A DNA stretch of 64,000 bases, from NCBI RefSeq assembly GCF_009914755.1, contig NC_060941.1; one strand, given 5' to 3'. A program made the position numbers and the translations under genes. This document shows, piece after piece, positions 29,915 through 43,654 of this stretch; position 1 is the stretch's first letter; every line of letters starts with the position of its first letter. The notes beneath the pieces are model-generated. The model was not told the DNA's origin. It ran no database searches and saw only the letters and a program-made list of their open reading frames with translations. The stretch comes from the human T2T-CHM13v2.0 reference genome, Homo sapiens.

Positions 29915-30335
29915 TTGATTGATTCATTCATCAAATACTTAGTGAGTGCCTACTATGTGTCAGACAGGGTTCTATATACTGAAGATAGAGTGGGAAGCAG
30001 ATAAGATCCTTGCACATACAGAGCTAATTATCCTGTAGCCAATGGGGAAACATAACAAATGGGAGAATGCAGAAATGAGATGACTGTAGGTAGTAATAAG
30101 CATATAAATAATATAAATAAAATAAAATTGGGAGACGTAAGAGATCATGTTGTGGTGAGGAAGGTGGTAGGGAAAATGCAATACATAGGTTGGGCAGGGA
30201 AGGTCTTTCTGTAGAGGTGACATTTGTGCTGGGATCTGAGTGATGAAGCATGTGAGAGTGATGAAGCATGTAAGGAAGAGTTTTCCAAACAGAGGGAACA
30301 GCGGCTCTAAGGCCCAGAGGAAATAATGAGTTTGG
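29915..30335 (-). mobile_element. L2 3' end
   Basis: ttcattcatcaaatacttagtgagtgcctactatgtgtcag. Confidence 0.8.
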
Positions 30336-30343
30336 TGGTTGTA

Positions 30344-31622
30344 TGTATGATGGTTAATTTTATGTGTCAACCTGGCTACACCATGGTAGCCAGGTGCTCA
30401 GTCAAATACTAGTCTAGATGTTGCTGTGAAGATATTTTTTAGATGAGATTCTGTGTAAATCAATACACTTTGAGGACACGAACAGACAGTTCTCAAAAGA
30501 AGACATACAAGCGGCCAACAAATATATGAAAAAATGCTCAACATCACTAATCATTAGAAAAATGCAAATCAAAACCACAGTGAAATACCATCTCACACCA
30601 GTCAGAATCGCTATTATTAAAAACGCTAAAAAACAACAGATGCTGGTAGGCTGTGAAGAAGAGAGAATGCTTATACACTGTTGGCGGGAATGTAAATTGG
30701 CTCAGCCACTGCGGAAAGCTGTTTGAAGATTTCTCAAAGAGCTTAAAACAGAATTACCATTTGACCCAGCCATCCCATTCCTGGCTATATATCCAAAAGA
30801 AAATAAATTGTTCTACCAAAAAGACACATGCACTGTTATGTTAATCACAGCACTATTCACAATAGCAAAGGCATGGACTCAACCTAGGTGCCCATCCATG
30901 GTGGACTGGAAAATGAGAATGTGGTAGATATAAAAAATGGGGCATATATATCATGTAATACTATGCAGCCATAGAAAAGAACAAAATCATGTTCTTTGCA
31001 GCAACATGGATGGAGCTGGAGGCCATTATCCTAAGTAAATTAATGCAGGAACAGAAAACCAAATACTGCATGTCCTCACTTACAAGTAAGAGCTAAACAC
31101 TGGGTAATTATGGACATAAAGATGGCAACAATAGACCCTGGAAACTACTAGAGTGGGGAGGAAAGGAAAGGAACAAGGGTGGAAAAACTAACTGTTGGTT
31201 ACTATGCTCACTACCTGGGTGACGAGATCATTCATATCTCAAATCTCAGCCTCACACAGTATACCCAGGTAACAAACCTGCCCATGTACCTCCTGAATCT
31301 AAAATAGAAGTTATTCTTTAAAAAAAACCCTTTGAGAAATGCAGATTACTCTTGAAAATGCAGGTGAGCCTCATCCAATCACTAGAAAGCCTTAAGAGAA
31401 AAAAGGCTGGTGTCTCCTCTGGAAGAAGAAATTCTTCCTGCAGACTGTCTTTGGACCTGAGCTGAAACATCAGCTTCCCTGGATCTCAAGGTTGCTACCT
31501 TACCCTACAGGTTTTCACCTTGCCAGCCTCCACAATCACATGAGCCAATTTCTTAAAGTAAATCTCTTTCTCTCACACACATGCTGTTTGCTCTGTTTCT
31601 CTGGAGAACCCTGACTAATACA
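30344..31622 (+). mobile_element. MLT2 (ERVL) LTR split by an L1
   Basis: tgatggttaattttatgtgtcaacctggcta ... tttctctggagaaccctgactaataca. Confidence 0.85.
30474..31327 (+). mobile_element. older L1PA/PB 3' ~850 bp
   Basis: ORF2 remnants [15 protein letters not shown]; 3'UTR and poly-A; flanks a(c/a)ctttgag on both sides. Confidence 0.92.
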
Positions 31623-31732
31623 CTACATGAATAATAAGTTGAGGAGAGACTAAAGTGACAAGAGTAAAGATGAGAAGAAATGGGTGGTGTGGTATGTGTT
31701 GAAGTTACAGGTCACAGAAACTGAATATATGA

Positions 31733-32139
<407 letters not shown>

Positions 32140-32234
32140 TATCACTTTATATATGAGGAAAGCAAGAGCCAAAATTTTGAGTCAAATAACTTTTCAGAAT
32201 CATGAGCCTATAGATGTCCACATTTGTAGATTTT

Positions 32235-32391
32235 CTAAGGATCATTTGAGACCAAATGCCAAGGAAATACTTTTCAATTGGTTCCTATTTCCTGACTTGA
32301 AGTTGGGGGCAGGGGAAAAGATGGATTGTTACAGTAGTTTAAGATCCTGTTGGTTACATGTAGATCAGTTTGTCCTATTAAACACAATACA
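32235..32391 (+). repeat. 157-bp dispersed duplication, copy 1
   Basis: ungapped match to 34147-34303, 12 mismatches by manual count. Confidence 0.9.
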
Positions 32392-32981
32392 ACCTTCCTA
32401 GCATCTTGTTTTTCTTACACTTTCTTTATATCTTTGCCAGCCAATGACTCTTCATTTAATTATTTGTATATTACTTAGTTGTTACTTGGTTTCAATCTAT
32501 TGTTTAACACACCTGTGAGTGGTTAGAAATTTTTCAGTCACAATCATATTAGTGATATCCTTGAGGTAAGAAAAGCGAGAAAGTGCTTGATCAACTCCAG
32601 TCATATACACATATTTTGTTATTTCATCCTTCCATGTATCGTCCAGAATCCATGCTACCATTCCCATGTTGCAGAAGATCAACCAGGGGCTTGGAGAAAT
32701 AAAGTATGATTTTTCTCAGATTACAGAAATAACAAATGACAAAAACAAGGTACAGAGAAGATATGCTAGGACACTCTCCATCATTTCATGCTATTAGTGT
32801 TTCTGATTTTTTTCTATTTTTTTCTAGTATCTCTCCTCTTTGGTTGTTTCATACAATAATCTTTACCATCTGCCACACTAAATATATATTAAAAATATAT
32901 TCCAGTTAATATACAGTTTGTGTGTGTATGTGTGTGCATGTGTGCACGTGAGCACCTGCACTGGGACTCTTCAAATTTTAA

Positions 32982-33288
<307 letters not shown>

Positions 33289-34146
33289 ATAAGTGGGACT
33301 TTTATTTATACTGATTTGGCAGCTTAAAACCACCCTTTCCCATAGAAATGAACATATATAAAAGGAGACCATTTGACTTTCAAGACAAAGCTTGCTTTAC
33401 TTCCTTTGCTTTAGTATGATATTAGTTCTATTAAGAGTTGTCTTTTCAGTTAATCTAATTATTCTTCAGTAATGACATTTCCTCATTTTTGCACCTTTGA
33501 GTTAACAACATTCCCAGGATTTTTCTCTTATGGTCTTCATTATATATAGTGAGCAATGTGTTTGTTAGGAAATCATTCTGTAATTCTAGTGTTTACCTGA
33601 GTTCAATAACCCCTCAGCATAATATAGTATTAATGAGGACTTTCAAACAAGAGAGCTAAAATGTTGAAATCTTCACGTGCTTGTCTGCAGCTTTTGGATA
33701 CAGGAGATCATTTAAAATAGACTTTGAATTTTATTTATTTTTGAGTTCTGATAACTTTCTAGGTGACCTTGGTGTGTATGAACAGCATGGGCCAAGGAAC
33801 TGTTTTTTTTCCGGCTTTCAGACGTCAGATTGCTTCCTTTCACACCTTGGAATGTCAGAAATTTACTGACTTCTTTCTCCCTGAGATGTTTTTCTCTTGC
33901 AGTATTATTACGGGGACAGCAGTATTCTGTTTACTTGTTGCCGGGTGGTTTTTGAGACCTCTGTTGCAATTGAAACAAGAAGCCAACCAACAAAATCAAC
34001 TCTTGCAATCATTTCTGTCACAAAGAAAATGTCACATGAACCTTCTCAAAGCCTGGAGATTTAGTGCCAAAATGCATTGTGACATTTATAGGGTTTACCT
34101 TAGGTTTAGAACAGAGACCTGAGTGCCCTAAAACTTAGTCGTGTGG

Positions 34147-34303
34147 CTAAGGATCATTTGAGACTAAATGCCAAGGAAATACTTTTCAATTGGTTTCTAT
34201 TTCATGACTTGAAGTTGGGGGTAGGGGAAAGGATGGATTGTTACAGTAGTTTAAGATCCTATTGATCACATGTCAGTCAGTTTGTCCTATTAAACACAGT
34301 ACA
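34147..34303 (+). repeat. 157-bp dispersed duplication, copy 2
   Basis: matches 32235-32391. Confidence 0.9.
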
Positions 34304-34479
34304 TGTGTATGGGGGAGTCTTGGTATGTATCCAATTCCATTCTCTATTAAATGACAATCTTGATAAAAGTTTATGGGTTTTTACTAAACAAAAACCAGAA
34401 GAGATTTGGTGGCAGAGATATTTAGTGCTCACAAAATATCAGGGCTTCCTTGCCTTCCTTTCTCAGCCTTGCTTGCGAT

Positions 34480-34765
34480 TAAGTTCGAGCTGTGGACCCG
34501 TTTTGGCAAACGGGTTGTGAGCAGAAGTGATGTCTGCTCCTTTGATTTCTGCCCCCCAAATCCCTCCATGACTCTTGGGTTCTTTCCTCCTGTGCTGCAG
34601 AGGCCTTGGGAGCTGAGATGGGGAAATGGTGGCAACATGAGATGGAGAAGTCCTGGAGAGAATTTTCCTGTAAAAAATTCTGCACTGGACTTAGCATGAG
34701 CAAGAATTGAACCTTTGCGGTGTAGAGCACCCCTCCCCCCATATTTTGGGTTTCTCTTGTTACCT
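34480..34765 (+). mobile_element. old MLT1-like LTR fragment
   Basis: tgtgagcagaagtgatgt...ctggacttagcatgagcaagaattgaaccttt. Confidence 0.5.
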
Positions 34766-34836
34766 TACCAGAGGGAAGGTTAATTTTTCAAATTTGTATA
34801 ATATCAGGATGACTGTCCAAATTTTTATCATAGTTC

Positions 34837-35541
34837 TGAAATGGGAGAGTTCCCTGACCCCCCTTGCAGGACATGTGACAGGGGTGTGGCTCATCTGTTC
34901 GGTAGCTGCCACTGCTCAAACCCCTTATGGGAGGGGGAGCACACAGACAGATAGGGGCAGGAGCCCAAGCAGGTGTGTGTTATAGTGAGCTCTTTTAACC
35001 TTGCCGTCCATGTGAAGCTTAAGTATTAACCAGTTCAGTGGACCCTCTACCTTTTTGCAAGGATGGAGGGCCAGAGTGACAGCTTTCTGTATTCTGAGCT
35101 CTTGTCCAGCATCCCAGAAAAATTGGGTCACAGACGGATTTGAAGGATGGTGAATGCAGGGGTTTTATTGAGTGGTGGAGGTCTTTCTTAGGGGGTGGAT
35201 GGGGAGCTGGGAAGGGGATGGAGTGGGAAGATGATCTTTCCCTGGGGTTTGGCTGTCCAGTGGCTGATTCTCCAACCGTCCCCAGCCAAACTCCTCCCGA
35301 CATTCCTTCTCTTCTCCCCTTCTCTACTACTCTTCTGCTCTTCTCTTTGTCTGCTTCTCTCCTCCTAGAGCTGGGGATTTGTGTTTTATATGGGCAAAGG
35401 ATAGGGGAGTGTGGCAGGACAAAAGGCAACTTTTGGGTGCAAAAACTGGAATGCCTGTTCCCATTTAGGGCCTCAGGTATCTAGGCTTGAGGGTAGGGCC
35501 TTTGCTGGGGACCCCCACCCTCCTGCCTCTTGTTCTTATCA
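34837..35541 (-). mobile_element. ERV1 (MER4-group) solo LTR, MER50-like
   Basis: tga...tca termini; tgaaatgggagagttccctgaccccc; AATAAA on the minus strand near 35165. Confidence 0.8.
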
Positions 35542-36065
35542 TTTCTAAGGCATTGCCTTAGAAACTGTCTGAGAGGTAAAGATTTTATTTCCACAGTCTC
35601 ATAATTCACATCCCAGTTACTTATGCATATGTCTGGACAAACTTTGGTTGCAGTGTTTGGCAGCTCTTTGTGCTCTGCAAAGTATTTCTATGGCATTTGA
35701 AATGCTCAGACAACCCCAACAATGTGGGAGTTGAGGAGGAGAAAATGTAGATGCAATTTCCCTTCAGAGTTATGCATTTTGCACACAATGCATAGTGGGC
35801 GGAACATTTATGTGAATTGTGCCTTTGGGGCATCATTGAAAGTTATGGCCTGTAAGAAAATGGGAATCAGTTTTATTTAAGTTGGTCTTTAAAAGGCAGC
35901 CCTAGAGGAAATTTTATCCCCATTATCTCTGTCAACTGCAACTTTTATGTCTTGCTGCTGACTGTCTATTACACTCCTACCTCTCAAGTCATCTTCTGTA
36001 TCTACATGGCATTATTCCACTTGGGCTTCCTCCCATAATTCATTTTCTCAACTTTAAATTGATTT

Positions 36066-36183
36066 GTTTTTAAGAGAGAGGGTCTCCCTATGCTGCCCAG
36101 GCTGGTCTTGAACTCCTAGGCTCCTCCCACCTCAGCCTCCTGAGTAGCTGGGACTAGAGGAGTCACGTACCACCATGTTTGGC
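36066..36183 (-). mobile_element. FLAM / Alu monomer
   Basis: single-arm gggtctccctatgctgcccaggctggtcttgaactcct. Confidence 0.8.
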
Positions 36184-36473
36184 TTTTAACTCTTTGTTTT
36201 TGAAATTATCTCAGACTTAAAGACAATTTGCAAAAATAGTACTGAGAGTTTCCATATATCCTTCACCAGTTTCCCCAAATATTCAAATTTCAGCTTGTTT
36301 ATTACTTGTCTTCTTTTTCTTTCTCTGAAATTTTTGGGAGTAAGTTGCAAATATGATGTCTTTTATCCCAAAATGCTTAAGTACATGTTTCCTAAAAATA
36401 AATGTTCTTTCACATAACTGCAGTACAATAAGCAAATTAGGAAATTAATATTGATCTAGTATTAATTTAGTCC

Positions 36474-36682
36474 AGCAGTTGGCAAATGTGCCTTCCCAGT
36501 TATGTTTGTAAATAAAGGTTTATTGGAACATAGCCATGCCCATTTGTTTATGGACCATCCTTGGCTGCTTTCTGCCTACAATGGTATTGTTAAATAGTTG
36601 TGGTAGAGACTACATGGCCTGCAGTCTCTGAAAACATTTACCATCTGATCTTCTAGAGGAAACACTTGTGAGGCTTCATCTG
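36474..36682. mobile_element. MER58A-like hAT relic
   Basis: gtttgtaaataaaggtttattggaacatagccatgcccatttgttta. Confidence 0.8.
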
Positions 36683-37187
36683 GTTGATAGATCTTATCGA
36701 ATTTTATCATTTGTCCATAATGTCTTTTACTGCAAAAAAAAAAAAATAATTCTCATTTGGCATCCTGTCCGTGATCACATATTATATTTGATTGTTATGT
36801 CTTTTTATTCTCTTTCATTGTAAAACAATTATTTGGTGTTTCTTTATTGTTCATGACCTTGATACTTTTGATAAATACAGGACATTTATTTTGTATACCA
36901 CATTTCAGTGTAGGTTTGTGAACTTTTCTCGTGATTTGATTTATGTTAAGCATTTTTGGCAATACTCAGATGTGATGTTTTGTCTTTCTTAGTGCAATCT
37001 AATGGGGCGCACATGATGTCTATTTTTCTCATTATTGGTGGTAATTTTGATCCCTTTGGTTAAGATGATAAGGTTTCTCCACTGTAAAATTGTTTTTCCC
37101 TTTGTCCTTAATACGTATCTTGTGGGAAAATGCTTTGAGTTTATGTAAGTATCATATTTTAAATCAAACTTCCACCAGTAGTTTTAG

Positions 37188-37537
<350 letters not shown>

Positions 37538-37564
37538 GAATAAAGGAATTTTAAAATTCGCTTT

Positions 37565-37659
37565 GGTGGCTCACACCTGTAATCCCAGCACTTTGGGAGG
37601 CCGAGGCGGGTGGATCACAAGGTCAGGAGTTTGAGACCAGCCTGGCCAATATAGTGAAA
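37565..37659 (+). mobile_element. 95-bp Alu left-arm fragment, inverted copy of the neighbouring Alu
   Basis: shares the non-consensus ccaatatagtgaaa with 37433-37527. Confidence 0.9.
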
Positions 37660-37709
37660 TTCCTTTATTGTTCCATATTTACTAGTGTGAAATCTATTCT
37701 TAGCAAGGA

Positions 37710-37960
37710 TCTTCCTTCCTCCCTTCTTTCTTTTTTCTTTTCTTTCTTTCTTTCCTTTCTTTCTTTTTTCTTTCTTTCTTTCTCTTTTTTCTTTCTCTTT
37801 CCTTCTTTCTTTCTTTCTCTCTTTCTTTCTTTCTCCCTCTTTCTCTTTTCTCTCTTTCTTTCCTTTCTTCTCTTTCTCCCTCCCTCACATCTTTCCTTCC
37901 TTCCTTCCTTCCTTCCTCCCTCCCTCCATTTTTTTCTTCTCTCTCTCTTTATTTCTTTCA
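37710..37960. repeat. (TTTC)n/(CTTC)n compound microsatellite
   Basis: almost pure pyrimidine tract. Confidence 0.9.
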
Positions 37961-38084
37961 TCCCATGGATTTTTAATTTTATTTTGTGGTCTATAATCTA
38001 TAACTATCGTTGTTTATTTTGATGCTCAAAATGTTCTAGGACAATTTTTACTTTTAACAATGATTCATTAGGTAGTAACTTGAA

Positions 38085-38185
38085 ATACTCAGGGTCAAAC
38101 GCTGTGTTTCAAACATCTCTGCATAGCTGTTGCCTAGTATAGTGCATGGAAATGTTAGGCATTCAATAAATATTTTTTTGAATGC
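38085..38185 (+). mobile_element. L2 3' tail
   Basis: gcctagtatagtgcatgg...taggcattcaataaatatttttttgaatg. Confidence 0.65.
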
Positions 38186-40284
38186 AGGTCCTAACTCAAA
38201 TGACTAAACCACTAAATATGGAATGTTAAACACTGGATTAGACAATGTATTAGGCATATGTTGGAGTATAGCTTCAGTATTATAGCCAGTGTGAGCAAAA
38301 ACCATGATTTTTTTTTCTTTTTTGATTAATATTTTCTGAGTAGTGAGGCTCACTTGATTTTTAAAAATTTAATCAATTTTTTCTCACTTGCTTTTGAGAC
38401 TGAAATCTCTTTATCCGAAACATGGCTTTCCCTAGACATATTCTAGTTCTCGCTTAGTGGGAAGTGTTCCAAATTCCCTTGTGGTCTAAAACCTTCTTAG
38501 TGTTATCCAAGTGGTGGAAAGTGATTGTCTTAGGGATTCAGGAAAGATTTTTACCTGACTCCAGAACAACTAATTCAGAATAAAAGCAGTTCTATGTATT
38601 TTCCAAATCTCTATTTTCTGAAATCTATAAAAACTGATCACAATAGTACTTCTAAGAAATGATAATGATATTCTCTTATTCAACATCACCTTCTTTGGTT
38701 CCATTTTTTCCCCTAATTTGTCAACAAAGGGAAAATTCCTGTTGATGCTTTGCGTTTTGCTGTTATGACTACCATTTATGATTTGCCCTTGAGATCAGTG
38801 AACTGGTTTGGGGTAGGATGGGCTGGTTTGGGAATTATAGGAATGTTACTTGAGGCTGTCTGTGCCTGGAAGGAAGTCATGAGTAGTGAAGAGGAAATAG
38901 CTGAGATTGGCTTAAAGGAAGTGTAACCAGTGATATTTTCCCCATTCCTAAGTCAAGTCTTTGCTGTTACCATCAATAACTGCTAACTCAGAGGATGCAA
39001 CCTTAGTAATTCATTTCCTTAAGTAAGTGGATTCTACAGGCATGATGCTTACTTCTTGGCCGATATTGAAGTATCTAACAGGACTTCAGTGGAGCTTCCA
39101 TATTGTCAGTTTCTGTACCCCTGTGAGCCTCTGCTCTCCTGCTAATCTTCCCAGTCTGGGAAGTAGACTTGGACAGAGATCGGTCTTCCTTTTGGCTCTG
39201 TGGCATGGCATAGCTGAATCAGGAGGTTTAAATGCATAATTAAGCACCCTTGCTTTCTGATTAGCTCATGAATTGCCTCTTAATCCTTAGAGTAAAATTG
39301 GTCCATTTTGTCTCAGTTTTGGAGGTGAATTATCTAAGAAGGTAACAACATTTTTTCTTTGAGGTAGGTGTTCATTCTATTTGTGTAGCTGAACCAAAGT
39401 TGTTCTTGGGAGCAACATGACCATCAGATATGTGCAAAGCAATTTAGAATTAATTGTACAGGGTGTCATGCATTCATTATTTTCCCCAGAAGGGTTAGGC
39501 ATTGTATTTTAACTGGTGTCTACAGCATCTGACTGCAGGAATTCCCTTGAGCATCTCATTTGCCCACCGTCGTTATCTTTTTTCTCCCTTCTGAGCTCTC
39601 CTTCAGCAAGAACTCTGTCTCTTCTATGTGCCCTGTGACACATCTTATAAATTGCTGCACCAGATTCTGATGAACCTTGATATTCATGGAAACTGCAACC
39701 CAGGTGGGAGATAACCTTTGACAGGCTCTCTCCTATTCTTTAGTGGCCAGTTTCACAAAGAGGCTGCAGGAAGCTGCTTCCAGCAGGCTGAGTCCTGAGG
39801 AGGAGACGATAACAGTGGGAGAAGCACCTGGTAACAGCGGCACTTCATCCAGGAAGAAAACAGGATCTAAAATATAAACAACATCCTTACAACACAAGTA
39901 AGTGCACAGTTCACTCTCAAGTGTGTTCGACTATATTCTTCCAAGAGTCTCATGAGAATCTTACTGAAACAGGAAGATGGTCAAAAGATGAATCAAAGTG
40001 TCAAGATTTCCAGTGGACACCATCAAAAAGGATTTTGTTGTTGTTGTTGTTGATCTTTTATTTTTAAACACATGAGTATGACCAACCATGCCATATCTAC
40101 AATGTCGAACTTTTTTTTTTTAGCTGAATAAAAATTTAAATACCTCAGAACTGACACTATTTTAAGGGAAATGATGTAAATGGGAACAAAACAAAAAGAA
40201 GAAAGAGTTTCGATGATCCTGTCTCTCTAAAAGCATCTCTTCCAAAGCAGATGTTATCTTTGTTAAACATCATAGGATTAGTAA

Positions 40285-40490
40285 AGATGACATTTATTAA
40301 GTGTTTGCCATTCCAGGCATTGTGCAAGGTGCTTCCTGGGTAGCATCTCATTTAATACTCTGGAAAGTTATGCACAGAGAGGGTAAGTAGCTCTCCTAGT
40401 GTCTCACAGCTAGTAAGTCCTAGTGTCTCTCAGCCAGGACTGAGACCCAGGCAGTGTGGCTCAGAGCTGGCTTGCTTGTCCTTTACACTC
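40285..40490 (-). mobile_element. MIR
   Basis: acatttattaagtg...ccaggcattgtgcaagg...cacagctagtaagt. Confidence 0.7.
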
Positions 40491-40569
40491 TTGCCTATCT
40501 GTACCATTTATACATTTTAAAAAGAATTATATTGATAGAACCACTTATACATTTTAATAAGAATTGTAT

Positions 40570-41453
40570 TGATAGAGGCATGAGGCAGAGAAATTCTAGG
40601 CAGACAGGGGTGGGTCCCTGGCAAAATCCCACCTTCAAGTCAAAAATCCTGAAACCCGTGGCCCAAAAGTGAGAATTTCTATCCCTATTTGCTCACTCTC
40701 TCTCAACTGGTTCTTTCTGAATAATGTCTTTCTAACAATCAAATATTGCCTTTTCCAAAACTACCTATGGCCTGCCAGGATCCCCATCTTGTGCCTGTAA
40801 AGACCCCAGACTCAGTCAGTAGAGGAGAGAAGTGGCTTGACTGGAGAGAGGTGACTTGACTTCAGGGGGATGGCTGGACTTTGGAGGAGAGACAGTTTAA
40901 CTTTGGAGAAGAGCCAGCCAGAGCCAGCCAGACATCAGGGAAGATTATCTTCCCTTCCTGTCCCCTCTCAATCATCCCTCTCTGCTGAGAGCCATTTCCA
41001 TTGCTACATAAAATTCTCTACCTCCACCAACCTTCAAGTGTCCGTGCAACCTAATTCTTCTTGGATGCCAGACAGGAGCTTGGGACCCACTGAATGCGGG
41101 TACCCAAAAAAGGCTGTCACACTGGCTCTTTGTTTTCACTGGTGGAGGGCAGCTGCCCTACACAACGAGTCAAGGAATCTACTGAGCTGATAACACGCTG
41201 CCGTCCATGGACGGCAGAGCTAAGAGAGGATTGTAACATGCCCTCTGGGGCTTCATGGGTCACAAGCACCCCCACCCTGGCATTGCCACGGGGCCTGCAT
41301 GGAGCATGCTCCTGCCAGCACCCAAAGCGGCTGTCTGGAACACTCACTCACTCATGTACTCCCTCCCACAATAGGTTGAGTGCAGTGAGCCAAATAAACA
41401 GGGCACCTCTGTTGCAAGTCCAACGGGAGGGGTCGAGAAAAACTTCTGCATCA
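40570..41453 (+). mobile_element. ERV1 solo LTR (LTR27/LTR28-like)
   Basis: tgatagaggc...ctgcatca termini with perfect 4-bp TSD GTAT. Confidence 0.85.
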
Positions 41454-41692
41454 GTATTGTGTCCATACTCTTTTAAAAAGACCCTGTGGCTGGTAACTAA
41501 AAAGCCATGATCAGTATGCTAATTTCGTTTCTTCAAATTATCAATGTCTCTTTAGTTGTAGACCAAAACACCAATAACATTTCATGCCAAAAGCCATTTC
41601 CTTAATATTTCTATGGCCTTCAGTCAATGCCACTACATAGTTTTTAAGGATCAGGCCCAAGACCTTTTGCTATCAATTATCAAGAAAAATCT

Positions 41693-41830
41693 GCTGGGTG
41701 TGATGGCTTATGTCTGTAATCCCAGCACATTGGGAAGCCAAGGTGGGCAGATTGCTTGAGTCCATGAGTTTAAGACCATCCTGAGTTTGTCTCTACAAAA
41801 CAAAAATAACATAAAAAGAAAGAAAATGAA
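41693..41830 (+). mobile_element. Alu left monomer (FLAM/AluJ fragment)
   Basis: gctgggtgtgatggcttatgtctgtaatcccagcac...A-rich tail. Confidence 0.8.
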
Positions 41831-42279
41831 AAGTAATATCTCTACTTTAGAACTTCTTTGTAGTATCCTTGTTTATTGCAAGGAAAAGAAACTGAGGCAG
41901 AAGACAAATTGAGAAGGGAAATGTCAAAAGTAAATGTGTCATTCTTACCTCTGAACAGGTATAACTATCATGAGTTTTTAAGAATGGTGGACATCCAAGC
42001 TGGTTCCTGCTATTCAGAGCAGAACCCTCCTATGACTTCAGCTGTTTCTTCAGTTGGATTGCCACTGACATTTCTGGGACGACCTGAAATCTCTAGAGAT
42101 TAAGTCTTTCAGAACTAGATGTACCTGACCATCTTGAAAATGCACCTGCCCACCTGGTCTAATTAGAAAAGTTACTATTTCAACAAATAGCACATTTCTC
42201 TAAAAAGAAATGGGATAAAGTAGCTCAAGATTTTAAGACAGGTGCTAAATTCTATCTTGTTGTAGTCATCTTCATGTTA

Positions 42280-42400
42280 TTAATTCATCCATTCATGTAG
42301 CAAATGTTTACTGAATATGTGCTGTGTACCAGGCATTTTTCCAGGGTTGAATGCAGCAGTGAACCAATATAAAAACTGCTGTCCTCCAGTATCTTATATT
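42280..42400 (-). mobile_element. L2 3' end
   Basis: ttcatccattcatgtagcaaatgtttactgaat...gtaccaggca. Confidence 0.65.
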
Positions 42401-42479
42401 CCAGAGTGTTATTAAGTGGTCTACATTTTATTTCTACTCAATAACTGTAGATCAAAAGAACAAATGGTGGAACATGATA

Positions 42480-42785
42480 ATAATAAAAATATAATTGCTT
42501 TGTTAAATTTTCACAGGTATTAGCAGTGTGCCAGGCACTTTACATGTATTAGCTCCTTAATCTTTACAAGAAATTTATGTAGATTTTAATTTACAAAAAT
42601 GACTAAGTTTTTGATTCAACCAAATACAATTATTATTCCCATTTTAAAGATGAAGAAAAAGAGAAATCCACTCCGCAACCAATGAACAGATTTCCTAAAT
42701 ATCATGTAGATAAATGTGTTGGAACTGGGATTGAAACGAAGGGGCCCCTGACTCCAAGTCCACATGATCTGTCACCATGCTCTAC
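42480..42785 (-). mobile_element. MIR
   Basis: gtgtgccaggcactttacatgtattagctc...cccattttaaagatgaagaaa. Confidence 0.65.
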
Positions 42786-43386
42786 TGAATCAGAAGGGTA
42801 GAACTTACAATTAAATATGTCCAGATGAATAGAATATTAGTTTAAAGGAAAATTGGCAACCGTTAATATAATCACTGTAGATGTTAATACAATATAGCCA
42901 GCACACACTGGCTTAAGTTTATTTTCATCATCATCTTTATATGCCAATAGCATTTAGCCCTTGTAATGATTTTCAGGTGCCAAGATAAGCTCTGGAGAAA
43001 GAGCTTCCTTTTGCAGTGAACCCAGTGAATCATTTATCCTTCCCCTAAGATCAGGAACTATTTTAAGTACCTGACTTCCAGTGAGTGTTGTGGAGATTGA
43101 CAGGGGTGCTGGTTGTATTTTGCACAGTTTTATTAACTCACCCACTCTGACTTTCCCCAAGGCACATCAATAAGACGAATCTATCTACAAAAGGTTCCTT
43201 GTGACTCTTTTATGTGGAGTATGCCTGATTCTTGCAAAAAAGCTAAAGGGCCTTAGTTTCCTGCAGGAAATCTGTAACTAAATCCAGGACCTAGAGCGGA
43301 AACATTAAGTGTATCGTGGGAGAAAAGGAAAGCAAAGTGCTAAAGTTGTTACTCTGAACAGAGGATATCGGAGCATCCTGCAAAAA

Positions 43387-43654
43387 ACTTCCTGTTTAGC
43401 CAGGAGACTAGAAAACAAGATGAAAAACACTTAACTTCAATGACTATTGTGTAAATATATTTTTATACTTTCATTATCTTGGGCAGGGCTTACTCACAAG
43501 AACTCATGGTTTCCCAAGGTGGAGAGTTAGTCACTGAGTCACACCCAGCCTCCCATCTTCCTTGTTTTGACGGCCACACTAAGACCTTGTGTCATTTGTA
43601 TAGGCTATCCCTAGGCCTGTACCACATCCTATGCTGAACTTTCTTCCCGGAATG
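43387..43654. promoter_or_regulatory. candidate enhancer motif cluster
   Basis: ETS ACTTCCTG; AP-1 TTAGTCA and TGAGTCA; KLF CACACCC; RUNX ACCACA; STAT TTCCCGGAA overlapping TEAD GGAATG. Confidence 0.4.
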
